A stretch of 64,000 nucleotides of DNA from sequence record OR544955; one strand, given 5' to 3'. The notes below the pieces were generated by a model, which was given only the letters and a program-made list of their open reading frames with translations, made no database searches and was not told the origin of the DNA. Within the stretch, counting starts at the first letter, position 1. Every line of letters starts with the position of its first letter. This document shows positions 48,455-57,707 of this stretch, piece by piece. A program made the position numbers and the translations under genes. This DNA comes from Escherichia phage vB_EcoP_EP32B.

Positions 48455-50140
48455 ATGAAAAAAGCTGTTATTCTTGGTGCTGGACTGGCAACTCGTTTGT
48501 ATCCAATAACGCATCATATTCCAAAAGTTCTTGTGAACTATAAACAAGACACTATTCTGAGCAATTTGTATACAATTTATTCTGACCTTGGCGCAGATGA
48601 AATTATTGTAGTAGTTCATTCAAAATTTGCTGAAACTGTTCGAGCTTATTGTGAGCAAGAAGGGTTCAATGTGACTATTCGTACAGTTGATGAAGCGTAT
48701 GGTTCTGCTTATGCTCTTGCTAAATTACACAAAGATTTAGATGGCCATAACGTAATTGTTAACTGGTGTGATATTATTCCTGATTTTGGTTCATGGTCTT
48801 GGAATGTTAATGCAATCTATGTTAAGGGTGACGAATGTCGATATAATTTTGACGGTGAAAATATCACTAACGTAGGTTCAACAGGTGGTAATGTTGTAGG
48901 AATTTATCAGTTCAAAGACTGGGAATTCTACATGGGTTCTACTGATGAGGAAATTCACGAATACTGCAAAGGTCGTGATTTCGTAGAATTCCTTTACGGC
49001 AGCGCATTCAATAAATCAGAGCTTATGAATCTAATTGATTTAGGTGATATGCCTAAACTTGAAAAAGCTCATGAAGTTCGTGAACTTAATCGTAGTTTTA
49101 ATGCAGTTGAAATTGGTGAAGAAACTGTAACTAAATTCGCATTAACCGAACAAGGTCGAGCTCTTCAAAAAGATGAGATTTCATGGTATTTGAAAGTGAA
49201 ATCAGATTCAGTTCCTCAGTTAGTTTCGGTAAATGAAAATAATTTTGAAATGGAACGCATTAAAGGTAAGCCGGCATTTGAATATATTAAATCCAAATCA
49301 AGTCTTGCTCGTCCACAAATTGTTGATGCAATTTTAGATGCACTGAAATTCAGCACAGACACTTATTTTGTAAGTCCTGAAACTGTTCGTCGTGATTTCA
49401 CTAAAGAATTCTATACGAAAGTTATTGATCGTTGTGAAAGCATTCAGCCATTGATTGATTCATTTGGTAAAATCACACACGTGAACTACACTAAGATTGG
49501 ACGTCTGAAGCCAATGCTGAAGCAAGCTTTAGAACATCTTATTCGTTATCATACCCGTTCTCAGGGACAGTACTCTGTTATTCATGGTGACCCGAACTTC
49601 AGTAATACTATGATTACTGATAATGGCGAAGTCAAGTTTATCGACCCTCGTGGATATTTTGGCGAAACCAAGATTTACGGGCCAAAATTGTACGATGAAG
49701 CTAAAGTGCTTTATGCTGTTTCAGGTTATGATGAATTCAACGCTAATCCGACCTGGGGACAGTTTACTATTGACGAAACAACTTGTAATGTGACTATTAA
49801 CATCAATCCATTAGTTTACAAATATGGAAAGATGAGTTCGTTTAACGAGTATCATCATTTGGCTGTAGCAATTATCTGGATTGCATTAGGTGGTTATTTC
49901 AAGAATAATCCACTTAAAGCGGTAGCCGCATATTATAAAGGTATGGAACTTCTGACTAAGCAATTACGTAACATGGGCCGTGTACTTCAAGACGGCTCTA
50001 TTAGTTATGACGTAGCAGAACCTGTAACGGCTACTCTGATTACAAAAAATCCTGGTAAATGGGTACTAACTGATAAAGAAACTGGTGTTTCTTATCGTCC
50101 AATCGGTGGCGATATCACTCATCAATGGGAACGAATCTAA
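48455..50140 (+). CDS. bifunctional sugar-phosphate nucleotidyltransferase / sugar kinase
   Basis: N-terminus VILGAGLATRLYP (NTP-transferase G-x-G-x-R signature); C-terminal kinase motifs HGDPNFSNTMI and FIDPRGYFG (aminoglycoside/choline kinase-like fold); 561 aa. Confidence 0.75.
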   Translation: MKKAVILGAGLATRLYPITHHIPKVLVNYKQDTILSNLYTIYSDLGADEIIVVVHSKFAETVRAYCEQEGFNVTIRTVDEAYGSAYALAKLHKDLDGHNVIVNWCDIIPDFGSWSWNVNAIYVKGDECRYNFDGENITNVGSTGGNVVGIYQFKDWEFYMGSTDEEIHEYCKGRDFVEFLYGSAFNKSELMNLIDLGDMPKLEKAHEVRELNRSFNAVEIGEETVTKFALTEQGRALQKDEISWYLKVKSDSVPQLVSVNENNFEMERIKGKPAFEYIKSKSSLARPQIVDAILDALKFSTDTYFVSPETVRRDFTKEFYTKVIDRCESIQPLIDSFGKITHVNYTKIGRLKPMLKQALEHLIRYHTRSQGQYSVIHGDPNFSNTMITDNGEVKFIDPRGYFGETKIYGPKLYDEAKVLYAVSGYDEFNANPTWGQFTIDETTCNVTININPLVYKYGKMSSFNEYHHLAVAIIWIALGGYFKNNPLKAVAAYYKGMELLTKQLRNMGRVLQDGSISYDVAEPVTATLITKNPGKWVLTDKETGVSYRPIGGDITHQWERI

Positions 50141-50526
50141 TGCACCGTGTAGAAAACATGCTTAATCTTTGTTTTGATGTCGATGATTGTATAACAGAGT
50201 GGAATAACAATCGTGATTACGTGAACTTCAAACCAGACGTCGAAATGGTGACTGCTATTAATGCCCTGTATGATGCAGGGCATACCATAACGCTTTACAC
50301 TGCTCGTGGTATGAAGTCAGTAGGTCCTGGTCGTATAGCAATTGACATTCTCCCAAGTCTGATTCAGAACTTGGAAAACATTGGTTTGAAGTACCATAAT
50401 TTGCTAACACATAAACCAGTATATGATTGGATTATCGACGACAAAGCTATGCGTCCCGACGAATTCAAAGCTCTTATGAATAAAGGCGAATTCGAAACAT
50501 TTAAATCATATAAACCGAATCTATAA
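50140..50526 (+). CDS. HAD-superfamily phosphatase
   Basis: motif I FDVDDCIT, later DWIIDDK; start MHRVEN overlapping upstream stop. Confidence 0.6.
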   Translation: MHRVENMLNLCFDVDDCITEWNNNRDYVNFKPDVEMVTAINALYDAGHTITLYTARGMKSVGPGRIAIDILPSLIQNLENIGLKYHNLLTHKPVYDWIIDDKAMRPDEFKALMNKGEFETFKSYKPNL

Positions 50527-50582
50527 TAATTTAAGTAAGACCTGCAAAAACCATCGCATAAATTAACGTGAGATGCAAAAAA

Positions 50583-51743
50583 ATGAATACTTTTAAAATT
50601 GGAACGAATTTTGATTTAGCTCTTCTTGATAAAATCGTAGAGCTCAATAAAACTTATCCTAATAGCTTGATAAACGAAGTATACGGCTCTACAAGAGAAA
50701 TGGCTTTTGTAGCAGCCAGACCTGATTTTAGGCTTCCTGACGTTGACAAAAAGATGTTAGAAGATTACGTTAAACGTTGTAACGAATTAGGTATTTGCTT
50801 TAACTATACACTCAACACGATAAATCCTGGTTCAAAAAGAGAACTAGTCGAGTGGAAGAAGAAAGCTATTCAGGATTATGTTCAGTATCTTTGGTCAATA
50901 GGCGTATGGCGTATTACTATCGCTAACCCTGTTGTTATGGAAATTGTTCGTGAAGTCAATAAAGACATTGAGATTGAAGTTTCAACAATTCTACATGTCG
51001 ATGCTGTAACTCAAATAAAATACTTGCATGACCAATATAATATCAAAAAGGTCTGCTGTGGAATTCATAAGAACCGTTCAGTTTCTTTCCTGAAGCGTGC
51101 AGCAGAGTTTTGCAATAAGAACAATATAATATTTGAAGTTCTTGTAAATGAGTTCTGTTCTAATGCTGGTAAAGGGTATACAACACATTGTAGCTATCGT
51201 GACTCTTGCTATATTTTCCATAGTACTGATGTTACAGCCGATGATGCTAAATCCTTAAACGGGTATCCTATGCAGCACTGTATTAAAGCTCGTGATACAG
51301 ACCCATTTAACTGGTTGAGAACTCGTTTTGTTCGTCCTCAAGATTTGAAACTTTATAATGATATTGGTATCACTCAATTCAAAGTTTCAGGACGTACAGG
51401 TAGCACAGACTACATTTTGAAAGTTCTTGAAGCATACGCTTCTGAAAAGTTTGAAGGTAATTTGTTAGAACTGTGGAAGCCTTTAGAGACTATTTTCACT
51501 CTTGAAAATGAAACTGAGTTTTCACATACAGTAAATATTGAAACCTCTTTGTTAGATGGCTTTTTAGAAAAAAGGTGGTTCAGACATCCAGATTTTGATT
51601 GTGCTAATGAAATCTGTGGATCAACGTGTACATATTGTGAAAGATATTATAAACGTCAATTATCTAAAAACGGGTTAGCAGAAAACTCTATATCTATTAT
51701 TGATATAACTAACTCTGATGACGCTTTGAGGTACCCGGAATGA
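50583..51743 (+). CDS. Cys-rich enzyme-like protein of unknown function (386 aa)
   Basis: large ORF inside the modification cluster; cysteine clusters CCGIHKN, EFCSNAGKGYTTHCSYRDSC and CANEICGSTCTYCE. Confidence 0.6.
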   Translation: MNTFKIGTNFDLALLDKIVELNKTYPNSLINEVYGSTREMAFVAARPDFRLPDVDKKMLEDYVKRCNELGICFNYTLNTINPGSKRELVEWKKKAIQDYVQYLWSIGVWRITIANPVVMEIVREVNKDIEIEVSTILHVDAVTQIKYLHDQYNIKKVCCGIHKNRSVSFLKRAAEFCNKNNIIFEVLVNEFCSNAGKGYTTHCSYRDSCYIFHSTDVTADDAKSLNGYPMQHCIKARDTDPFNWLRTRFVRPQDLKLYNDIGITQFKVSGRTGSTDYILKVLEAYASEKFEGNLLELWKPLETIFTLENETEFSHTVNIETSLLDGFLEKRWFRHPDFDCANEICGSTCTYCERYYKRQLSKNGLAENSISIIDITNSDDALRYPE

Positions 51744-51979
51744 TTTCTAGAAAAACTTTTAATCACCAACTTAATGAAGAGATTTTGACTATTAAAATTA
51801 ACACTAACGAACAAATTCTTAAAAAGGCCCTTATGGGCCTGTTTGAAACTAAAGCGGCTAAAGTGATTAAAGAACCTGTTCAATTGGAATACTACGCTGA
51901 TGCATTTCTTCATAGTGTTCTTGGAAGTATCGATGCTGAAGCTTTACGTTATATCAACATTGTCAAGAAATTCAAATAA
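51740..51979 (+). CDS. hypothetical protein (79 aa)
   Basis: ATGA overlap. Confidence 0.5.
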   Translation: MISRKTFNHQLNEEILTIKINTNEQILKKALMGLFETKAAKVIKEPVQLEYYADAFLHSVLGSIDAEALRYINIVKKFK

Positions 51980-52003
51980 GCTTTACGAATTGAGTATATA
52001 ATA
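51980..52003 (+). promoter_or_regulatory. promoter upstream of the hydroxymethylase-like gene
   Basis: GCTTTAC then GTATATAAT at about 17 bp spacing. Confidence 0.4.
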
Positions 52004-52021
52004 AATTGTATTGAGGTAAAC

Positions 52022-52738
52022 ATGGGAAAACATAACACAATGAAATATATCAAAGCCGCAGATTTTCAAACCGCATTTAAAGCAGTCAATCGTGAAATTT
52101 TAGAAAACCCGGAATTCGTAACTGATTCTCGTATTGGACGTTGTAATGAAATTGGGTCTATGACAGTAGTTGTTGACACTCCATCATCATTCAAAATGAC
52201 CGACCCGCGTATTAACCGCATCTCTTATGAATATGCCGAAGACTTCTGGAAGTTTATGATTTCTGGTGGTACTGACGCAGAAGAAGCGTTTAAGGCATAT
52301 CCTAATGTCGCTAAATTTATTTCTAAACCAAAATCAGATGCTTTGCCTGCAAACTTCAACACTTTCTATGGTCCTCGCATTGCGGCCCAATTACCAGCTC
52401 TTCTAAAAGAACTTAAAGAGAAGCCTAACTCCAGAAGAGTTGTGTTCCAAATTCTAGAAAGTTCTGATCAGGCTTTGCTTGATTCGGACGAAACGCTTGA
52501 ATATCCATGTACTGACTCAGTGACTTATTATATTCGTGACGGTAAGCTTTATACCCACTGTCATATGCGTTCCCAGAACTGTGCTGTTGTTATGCAGTTG
52601 GATTTTTATCTCCAAGGAAAATTACTTCATTATATCGCTAACGAATGCGGTGTAGAAGTTGGTGATTATACTCATACCATGGTAAGTGCCCATGTGTTTG
52701 AACGTGATTTTGATTATGTTAAAGGATTCCTTGACTAA
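52022..52738 (+). CDS. thymidylate synthase-fold enzyme, divergent deoxypyrimidine nucleotide hydroxymethylase (gene 42 position)
   Basis: YPCTDSVTYYIRDGKLYTHCHMRSQNCAVVMQLDFYLQ aligns with the catalytic Cys and MRSxD region of TS / dCMP hydroxymethylase; rest of protein unlike T4 gp42 as recalled. Confidence 0.7.
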   Translation: MGKHNTMKYIKAADFQTAFKAVNREILENPEFVTDSRIGRCNEIGSMTVVVDTPSSFKMTDPRINRISYEYAEDFWKFMISGGTDAEEAFKAYPNVAKFISKPKSDALPANFNTFYGPRIAAQLPALLKELKEKPNSRRVVFQILESSDQALLDSDETLEYPCTDSVTYYIRDGKLYTHCHMRSQNCAVVMQLDFYLQGKLLHYIANECGVEVGDYTHTMVSAHVFERDFDYVKGFLD

Positions 52739-53637
52739 TGGCTATTTTCCGCGTACCAATCTTGAGTATGCGGTCTTATGAAACTGGTCAGTATGCTATC
52801 CTTAAGGATGGCAACTTCCAACTTCATTTGCACCGTGCTAATCCGGGTGATGTGATTACATATCCACGTAATGCATCTGATATTAAAGAATGCGAACGTC
52901 TTTTTCCGGAATTTAAGTTTGTTCCATTATGGTATAAAGATAACGCGTATAACACTCGTAAATATTTCTGGTCTGAAAATGAATTTGTGGTTGATTCATT
53001 AATTGCTTATTATGATTGTGATTTTCTAATCACAGATATCACTGGTTATGATGGCGCTTTTGACGTAGAATTCAATTTCAATATCACTGCAGACCCTAAT
53101 AAACCACGTTTTTATATTGATGAATTCTTAAAAACTGATATGTTGTCGGTTAATCGTTCACTTCAAACTACTGTGTTGAATGAACGTCAAAAAGAAGTGC
53201 TGGTTAACGCAGGTGCAGATGGTAATAAGATTATCGTAACGCAGAAAGTTATACGTCCTTCCGTCATGCAGCGTCTTGTAGGTGATTTGGCTCCTATTCA
53301 TCTAGATGGTATTTTTCATCCATTTCGAATTAGTGACCCATGCTATCGTTTTGAACAAGTGGTTGAATGCGCAATTCAATTAGGTCAACCGCTTTATATA
53401 ACTGATCCAAATAATAGTTTCGACAGAAATAAGTATCCTGAAGAAGCGCTGATTCGAATTTTTAATCCAACTAAAACTGAGTACTATCAAATTCTTAAAG
53501 GACGTCCGAAGATTCAATATTTCGAAAATCCTGAAGAAGTATTCCATCCAGGTCTTGGTGAGTTCATCTACTTTAATGCTTTAATTTCTTCACCGTATAA
53601 TATACCTAAATACGAAGATGTCGTAATCGAGGAATAA
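52738..53637 (+). CDS. hypothetical protein (299 aa), candidate DNA sugar transferase by position
   Basis: occupies the slot after the hydroxymethylase where T4 carries beta-glucosyltransferase; no recognised motif. Confidence 0.5.
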   Translation: MAIFRVPILSMRSYETGQYAILKDGNFQLHLHRANPGDVITYPRNASDIKECERLFPEFKFVPLWYKDNAYNTRKYFWSENEFVVDSLIAYYDCDFLITDITGYDGAFDVEFNFNITADPNKPRFYIDEFLKTDMLSVNRSLQTTVLNERQKEVLVNAGADGNKIIVTQKVIRPSVMQRLVGDLAPIHLDGIFHPFRISDPCYRFEQVVECAIQLGQPLYITDPNNSFDRNKYPEEALIRIFNPTKTEYYQILKGRPKIQYFENPEEVFHPGLGEFIYFNALISSPYNIPKYEDVVIEE

Positions 53638-53638
53638 A

Positions 53639-54187
53639 ATGGCTAAAATTATTTTAGTAGACGGGCCGGATAATGCTGGTAAAACAACTTTCATTAATGA
53701 CATAATGGAAATTAGTGAAAGATATGTAAAGATTGATTTCCCTAAACGAACAGTTGATGGGCGTTTCGATGTTAAGTCTCGAAATGAAGTCGGCTGTTTC
53801 GAAACGATGTTGAATTATTTGGACCCTACTAAGATTTATCTGTTAGACCGTGGATATATTAGTAACTGGGTTTATGGACGTATTCGACAAGATGTGGACT
53901 CGGTTCTTGACGTTTATGAACAGGATTATGTTCGTCTTTGCCAAAACCATGATGTGTTCACAATTATTTTAACACGTAACGAAATGACTGAAAGTTTTGA
54001 AGACGACCTTATTACTTTGTCTTCATTCGGTTTTAATACAGTCATTTCATATTTTGAAGAGTTTGCAATTCATAACAAAATCCAAACGTATCAATTACTT
54101 AATCATGATGGTGCTAATAAAGTTATAGGATTTAACGCAAGCGAACGTAATAATTTGATTACAGAAATCATCAAATGGGCTCGTTAA
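53639..54187 (+). CDS. P-loop nucleoside/nucleotide kinase-like protein
   Basis: Walker A GPDNAGKTT at N-terminus, LLDRGY region; 182 aa. Confidence 0.65.
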   Translation: MAKIILVDGPDNAGKTTFINDIMEISERYVKIDFPKRTVDGRFDVKSRNEVGCFETMLNYLDPTKIYLLDRGYISNWVYGRIRQDVDSVLDVYEQDYVRLCQNHDVFTIILTRNEMTESFEDDLITLSSFGFNTVISYFEEFAIHNKIQTYQLLNHDGANKVIGFNASERNNLITEIIKWAR

Positions 54188-54204
54188 GAGCCATTTAAAG
54201 TTTT

Positions 54205-54232
54205 AAATGCTGTATAACCCTTAGTATATAAT
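54205..54232 (+). promoter_or_regulatory. possible MotA-dependent middle promoter for uvsX
   Basis: AAATGCTGTA element about 20 bp upstream of GTATATAAT. Confidence 0.3.
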
Positions 54233-54285
54233 CATCTTATCTTTTAAACATGAGTAAAATATAATGATGCCTATGGAAAAATACA

Positions 54286-55458
54286 ATGTCTGATTTAAAA
54301 TCTCGTCTGATTAAAGCTTCTACTTCTAAAATGACTGCAGACTTGACTAAGTCTAAGCTGTTTAATAATCGTGATGAAGTCCCTACTCGTATTCCGATGT
54401 TGAATATTGCATTAGGTGGTGCACTGAATGCCGGGTTGCAATCAGGCTTAACTATTTTTGCTGCTCCTTCTAAACACTTTAAAACGTTGTTTGGACTAAC
54501 TATGGTTGCAGCGTATATGAAGAAATATAAAGATGCAATCTGTTTGTTTTATGACTCAGAATTCGGTGCTTCGGAATCTTATTTTCGTTCAATGGGTGTT
54601 GATTTAGACCGTGTAGTTCATACTCCGATTCAATCTGTCGAACAACTTAAGGTTGATATGACTAATCAGCTTGACGCGATTGAACGCGGTGATAAAGTTA
54701 TTATCTTTATCGATTCAATCGGTAATACTGCATCTAAGAAAGAAACCGAAGATGCGTTGAACGAGAAAGTTGTAGGTGATATGTCTCGTGCTAAGGCACT
54801 TAAATCTCTGTTCCGCATTGTGACTCCTTATCTGACTATTAAAGATATTCCGTGTGTTGCAATTAACCATACTGCAATGGAAATTGGCGGACTATATCCT
54901 AAAGAGATTATGGGCGGTGGTACAGGTATTCTTTATTCTGCCAACACGGTATTTTTTATCTCTAAACGTCAGGTTAAAGAAGGTACAGAATTGACCGGTT
55001 ATGACTTTACGTTGAAAGCGGAAAAATCTCGTACAGTTAAAGAGAAATCTACTTTCCCGATCACGGTTAATTTTGATGGCGGTATTGACCCATTCAGTGG
55101 CTTGTTAGAAATGGCAACTGAAATTGGATTTGTTGTTAAGCCTAAAGCCGGGTGGTATGCTCGTGAATTCCTTGACGAAGAAACAGGTGAAATGATTCGT
55201 GAAGAAAAATCATGGCGTGCTAAAGCTACTGATTGTGTAGAATTCTGGGGACCTTTGTTTAAACACAAACCTTTCCGAGATGCAATTGAAACTAAATATA
55301 AACTAGGTGCTATCTCTTCTATTAAAGAAGTTGATGACGCTGTTAACGACCTTATTAATTGCAAAGCAACAACTAAAGTTCCGGTTAAAACTTCTGATGC
55401 TCCGTCTGCAGCAGATATAGAAAACGACCTTGACGAAATGGAAGATTTCGATGAATAA
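54286..55458 (+). CDS. uvsX: RecA-like recombinase UvsX
   Basis: 390 aa; MSDLKSRLIKASTSKMTADLTKSKLF, RecA-fold ATPase with acidic C-terminus. Confidence 0.95.
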   Translation: MSDLKSRLIKASTSKMTADLTKSKLFNNRDEVPTRIPMLNIALGGALNAGLQSGLTIFAAPSKHFKTLFGLTMVAAYMKKYKDAICLFYDSEFGASESYFRSMGVDLDRVVHTPIQSVEQLKVDMTNQLDAIERGDKVIIFIDSIGNTASKKETEDALNEKVVGDMSRAKALKSLFRIVTPYLTIKDIPCVAINHTAMEIGGLYPKEIMGGGTGILYSANTVFFISKRQVKEGTELTGYDFTLKAEKSRTVKEKSTFPITVNFDGGIDPFSGLLEMATEIGFVVKPKAGWYAREFLDEETGEMIREEKSWRAKATDCVEFWGPLFKHKPFRDAIETKYKLGAISSIKEVDDAVNDLINCKATTKVPVKTSDAPSAADIENDLDEMEDFDE

Positions 55459-55792
55459 TCTCGATGATTTAAATCTAGAAATCGTTGATGAATCCCCTTC
55501 TTTGGAAGGGGAGGACATTCGCAAAGAACGAGTGTTTAATGAATCTCTTAAAATTGTCCGTTCAGCAATGGAAAATGTCATTCAAGAGATTCTGATTACA
55601 CTTGAAGACGGTTCCCATCATATAGTCTATATTACAAAACTAGACTGGGTTGATGGTAAAATCGTAATGGACTTTGCAGTTCTTGACCAGGACAGAAAAG
55701 CAGAACTTGCGCCACATGTTGAAAAATGTGTTACAATGCAAGTACAACAAGCTTTTAATGAACGGACCAAGAAAAAATTTAAATTCTTTTAA
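55451..55792 (+). CDS. 40: gp40-like protein (by synteny between uvsX and 41)
   Basis: start MNNLDDLN overlapping uvsX stop. Confidence 0.55.
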   Translation: MNNLDDLNLEIVDESPSLEGEDIRKERVFNESLKIVRSAMENVIQEILITLEDGSHHIVYITKLDWVDGKIVMDFAVLDQDRKAELAPHVEKCVTMQVQQAFNERTKKKFKFF

Positions 55793-55801
55793 GGAGTTAT
55801 C

Positions 55802-57244
55802 GTGGTAGAAATTATTTTGTCTCATCTCGTATATGACCAGGCTTATTTTTCTAAGGTCTGGCCTTATATGGATTCTGAGTATTTTGAGCGTGGACCGGCA
55901 AAAAACGTCTTTAAAATTATAAAGAGCCACGTTAACGAATATAATGCAATGCCATCTATCAATGCATTAAAGGTGGCTTTAGATAACAGTTCTTTAACTG
56001 AAGCCGAATATAAAGGAACTTCAGACCTAATTGAAAAATTGGCTGATACTCCTGAAGACCATGAATGGTTGGTTAAAGAAACTGAGAAATATGTCCAGCA
56101 AAAAGCGATGTATAATGCTACATCCAAAATTATTGAGATTCAGTCTAATGCTGAACTACCTCCAGAACAACGTAACAAGAAAATGCCTGATGTAGGAGCT
56201 ATTCCTGATATTATGCGTCAAGCACTTTCAATTTCGTTCGATAGTTATGTTGGGCATGACTGGATGGAAGACTATGAAGCACGTTGGCTTTCTTATCTAA
56301 ATAAAGCACGTAAGGTCCCGTTCAAATTAAACATTTTGAATAAAATCACCAAAGGCGGCGCAGAAACAGGTACACTAAACGTTTTAATGGCTGGTGTTAA
56401 CGTCGGTAAATCTTTAGGCCTTTGTTCACTTGCTGCAGATTATCTTCAAACAGGTCATAATGTTCTTTATATTTCCATGGAAATGGCTGAAGAAGTTTGT
56501 GCTAAGCGTATAGATGCAAACATGCTTGACGTATCACTTGATGATATTGATGATGGTAACGTATCTTATGCTGAATATAAAGCCAAGATGGAAAAATGGC
56601 GTTCAAAAACAACATTAGGACGTTTAGTAGTTAAACAGTATCCTACTGGTGGAGCTAATGCTAATACATTTCGTGCATTGCTTAATGAGTTAAAACTTAA
56701 GAAGAACTTTGTGCCATCTGTAATCATGGTTGATTACTTAGGTATTTGTGGGTCTTGTCGTATCAGAGTTTACACTGAAAATAGCTACACATTAGTTAAA
56801 GCTATCGCAGAAGAACTTCGTGCATTAGCAGTAGAATCTGAAACAGTTCTATGGACTGCAGCTCAAGTAGGACGTGCAGCATGGGATGCTTCGGATATGA
56901 ACATGAGCGATATTGCAGAATCAGCAGGTTTACCAGCAACGGCAGATTTCATGTTGGCCGTAATTGAAACCGAAGAACTTGCACAAGCTGAACAACAACT
57001 TATCAAACAAATCAAATCACGATACGGTGATAAGAATAAGTGGAACAAGTTCTTGATGGGTGTACGTAAAGGCAACCAGAAATGGATTGAGATTGAGCAA
57101 GAAGGCATGAACACACCTAACACAGTAAATGAAAACGCAGGTGCTCAGATGCGTCAGGCAGAGGTGAATCGTACGGAACGCGTAGGTAAAGCCAAAGCAA
57201 CACGTGCTGACCTAGATAGCTTAGCCAATGAGTTAAAATTTTAA
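55802..57244 (+). CDS. 41: replicative DNA helicase gp41
   Basis: 480 aa; GTG start; MVEIILSHLVYDQAYFSKVWPYMDSEYFE, Walker A MAGVNVGKSLG. Confidence 0.95.
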   Translation: MVEIILSHLVYDQAYFSKVWPYMDSEYFERGPAKNVFKIIKSHVNEYNAMPSINALKVALDNSSLTEAEYKGTSDLIEKLADTPEDHEWLVKETEKYVQQKAMYNATSKIIEIQSNAELPPEQRNKKMPDVGAIPDIMRQALSISFDSYVGHDWMEDYEARWLSYLNKARKVPFKLNILNKITKGGAETGTLNVLMAGVNVGKSLGLCSLAADYLQTGHNVLYISMEMAEEVCAKRIDANMLDVSLDDIDDGNVSYAEYKAKMEKWRSKTTLGRLVVKQYPTGGANANTFRALLNELKLKKNFVPSVIMVDYLGICGSCRIRVYTENSYTLVKAIAEELRALAVESETVLWTAAQVGRAAWDASDMNMSDIAESAGLPATADFMLAVIETEELAQAEQQLIKQIKSRYGDKNKWNKFLMGVRKGNQKWIEIEQEGMNTPNTVNENAGAQMRQAEVNRTERVGKAKATRADLDSLANELKF

Positions 57245-57250
57245 TAAAAA

Positions 57251-57270
57251 GGAGACTTCGGTCTCCTTTC
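57251..57270 (+). terminator. UUCG-tetraloop hairpin terminator after gene 41
   Basis: GGAGAC-TTCG-GTCTCC followed by TTTC. Confidence 0.5.
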
Positions 57271-57273
57271 GGG

Positions 57274-57305
57274 GTTTACATCTTCCTCTAGGCATGATAT
57301 GATGT
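57274..57305 (+). promoter_or_regulatory. early promoter
   Basis: GTTTAC then GATATGATG -10-like. Confidence 0.4.
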
Positions 57306-57332
57306 ACTTACACAAACCAAGAGGAAAACATT

Positions 57333-57707
57333 ATGAATATGTCTCAAGCAATTTTTACTGCAATCACCGAAAACACAACTGTTGAAGTAGTTTCTCCGCT
57401 GGCAACCTACGTTATTCTTGCTCCTAAAACTATTGTATCTCGTATGGAAAACATGGGCAAACGTATCGTACAAATAGTTGGAGCTGGAAATCAAAAACTT
57501 GATTATCTACGAACCATCAAAGCTTATGAACATTTCCAACTCGAAAAAGGTTCTCCTATCCAGGTAGAACTCGTAAATGGTGATATCGTTCGAGCAATGT
57601 TCCATCATTTCTATGCATTGAATGACCCATCTAAAGCGGTTCGTTTAATTGCATACGACGCAAACCAAAACGAAATCAACGCAGACATATCTAAATTACG
57701 TTTTTAA
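57333..57707 (+). CDS. hypothetical protein (124 aa)
   Basis: ORF with GAGGAAAAC Shine-Dalgarno. Confidence 0.6.
   Translation: MNMSQAIFTAITENTTVEVVSPLATYVILAPKTIVSRMENMGKRIVQIVGAGNQKLDYLRTIKAYEHFQLEKGSPIQVELVNGDIVRAMFHHFYALNDPSKAVRLIAYDANQNEINADISKLRF

Noticed and set aside
54999-55581. Minus-strand ORFs overlapping uvsX and gene 40
   Set aside because: Antisense to conserved genes; no independent signal.
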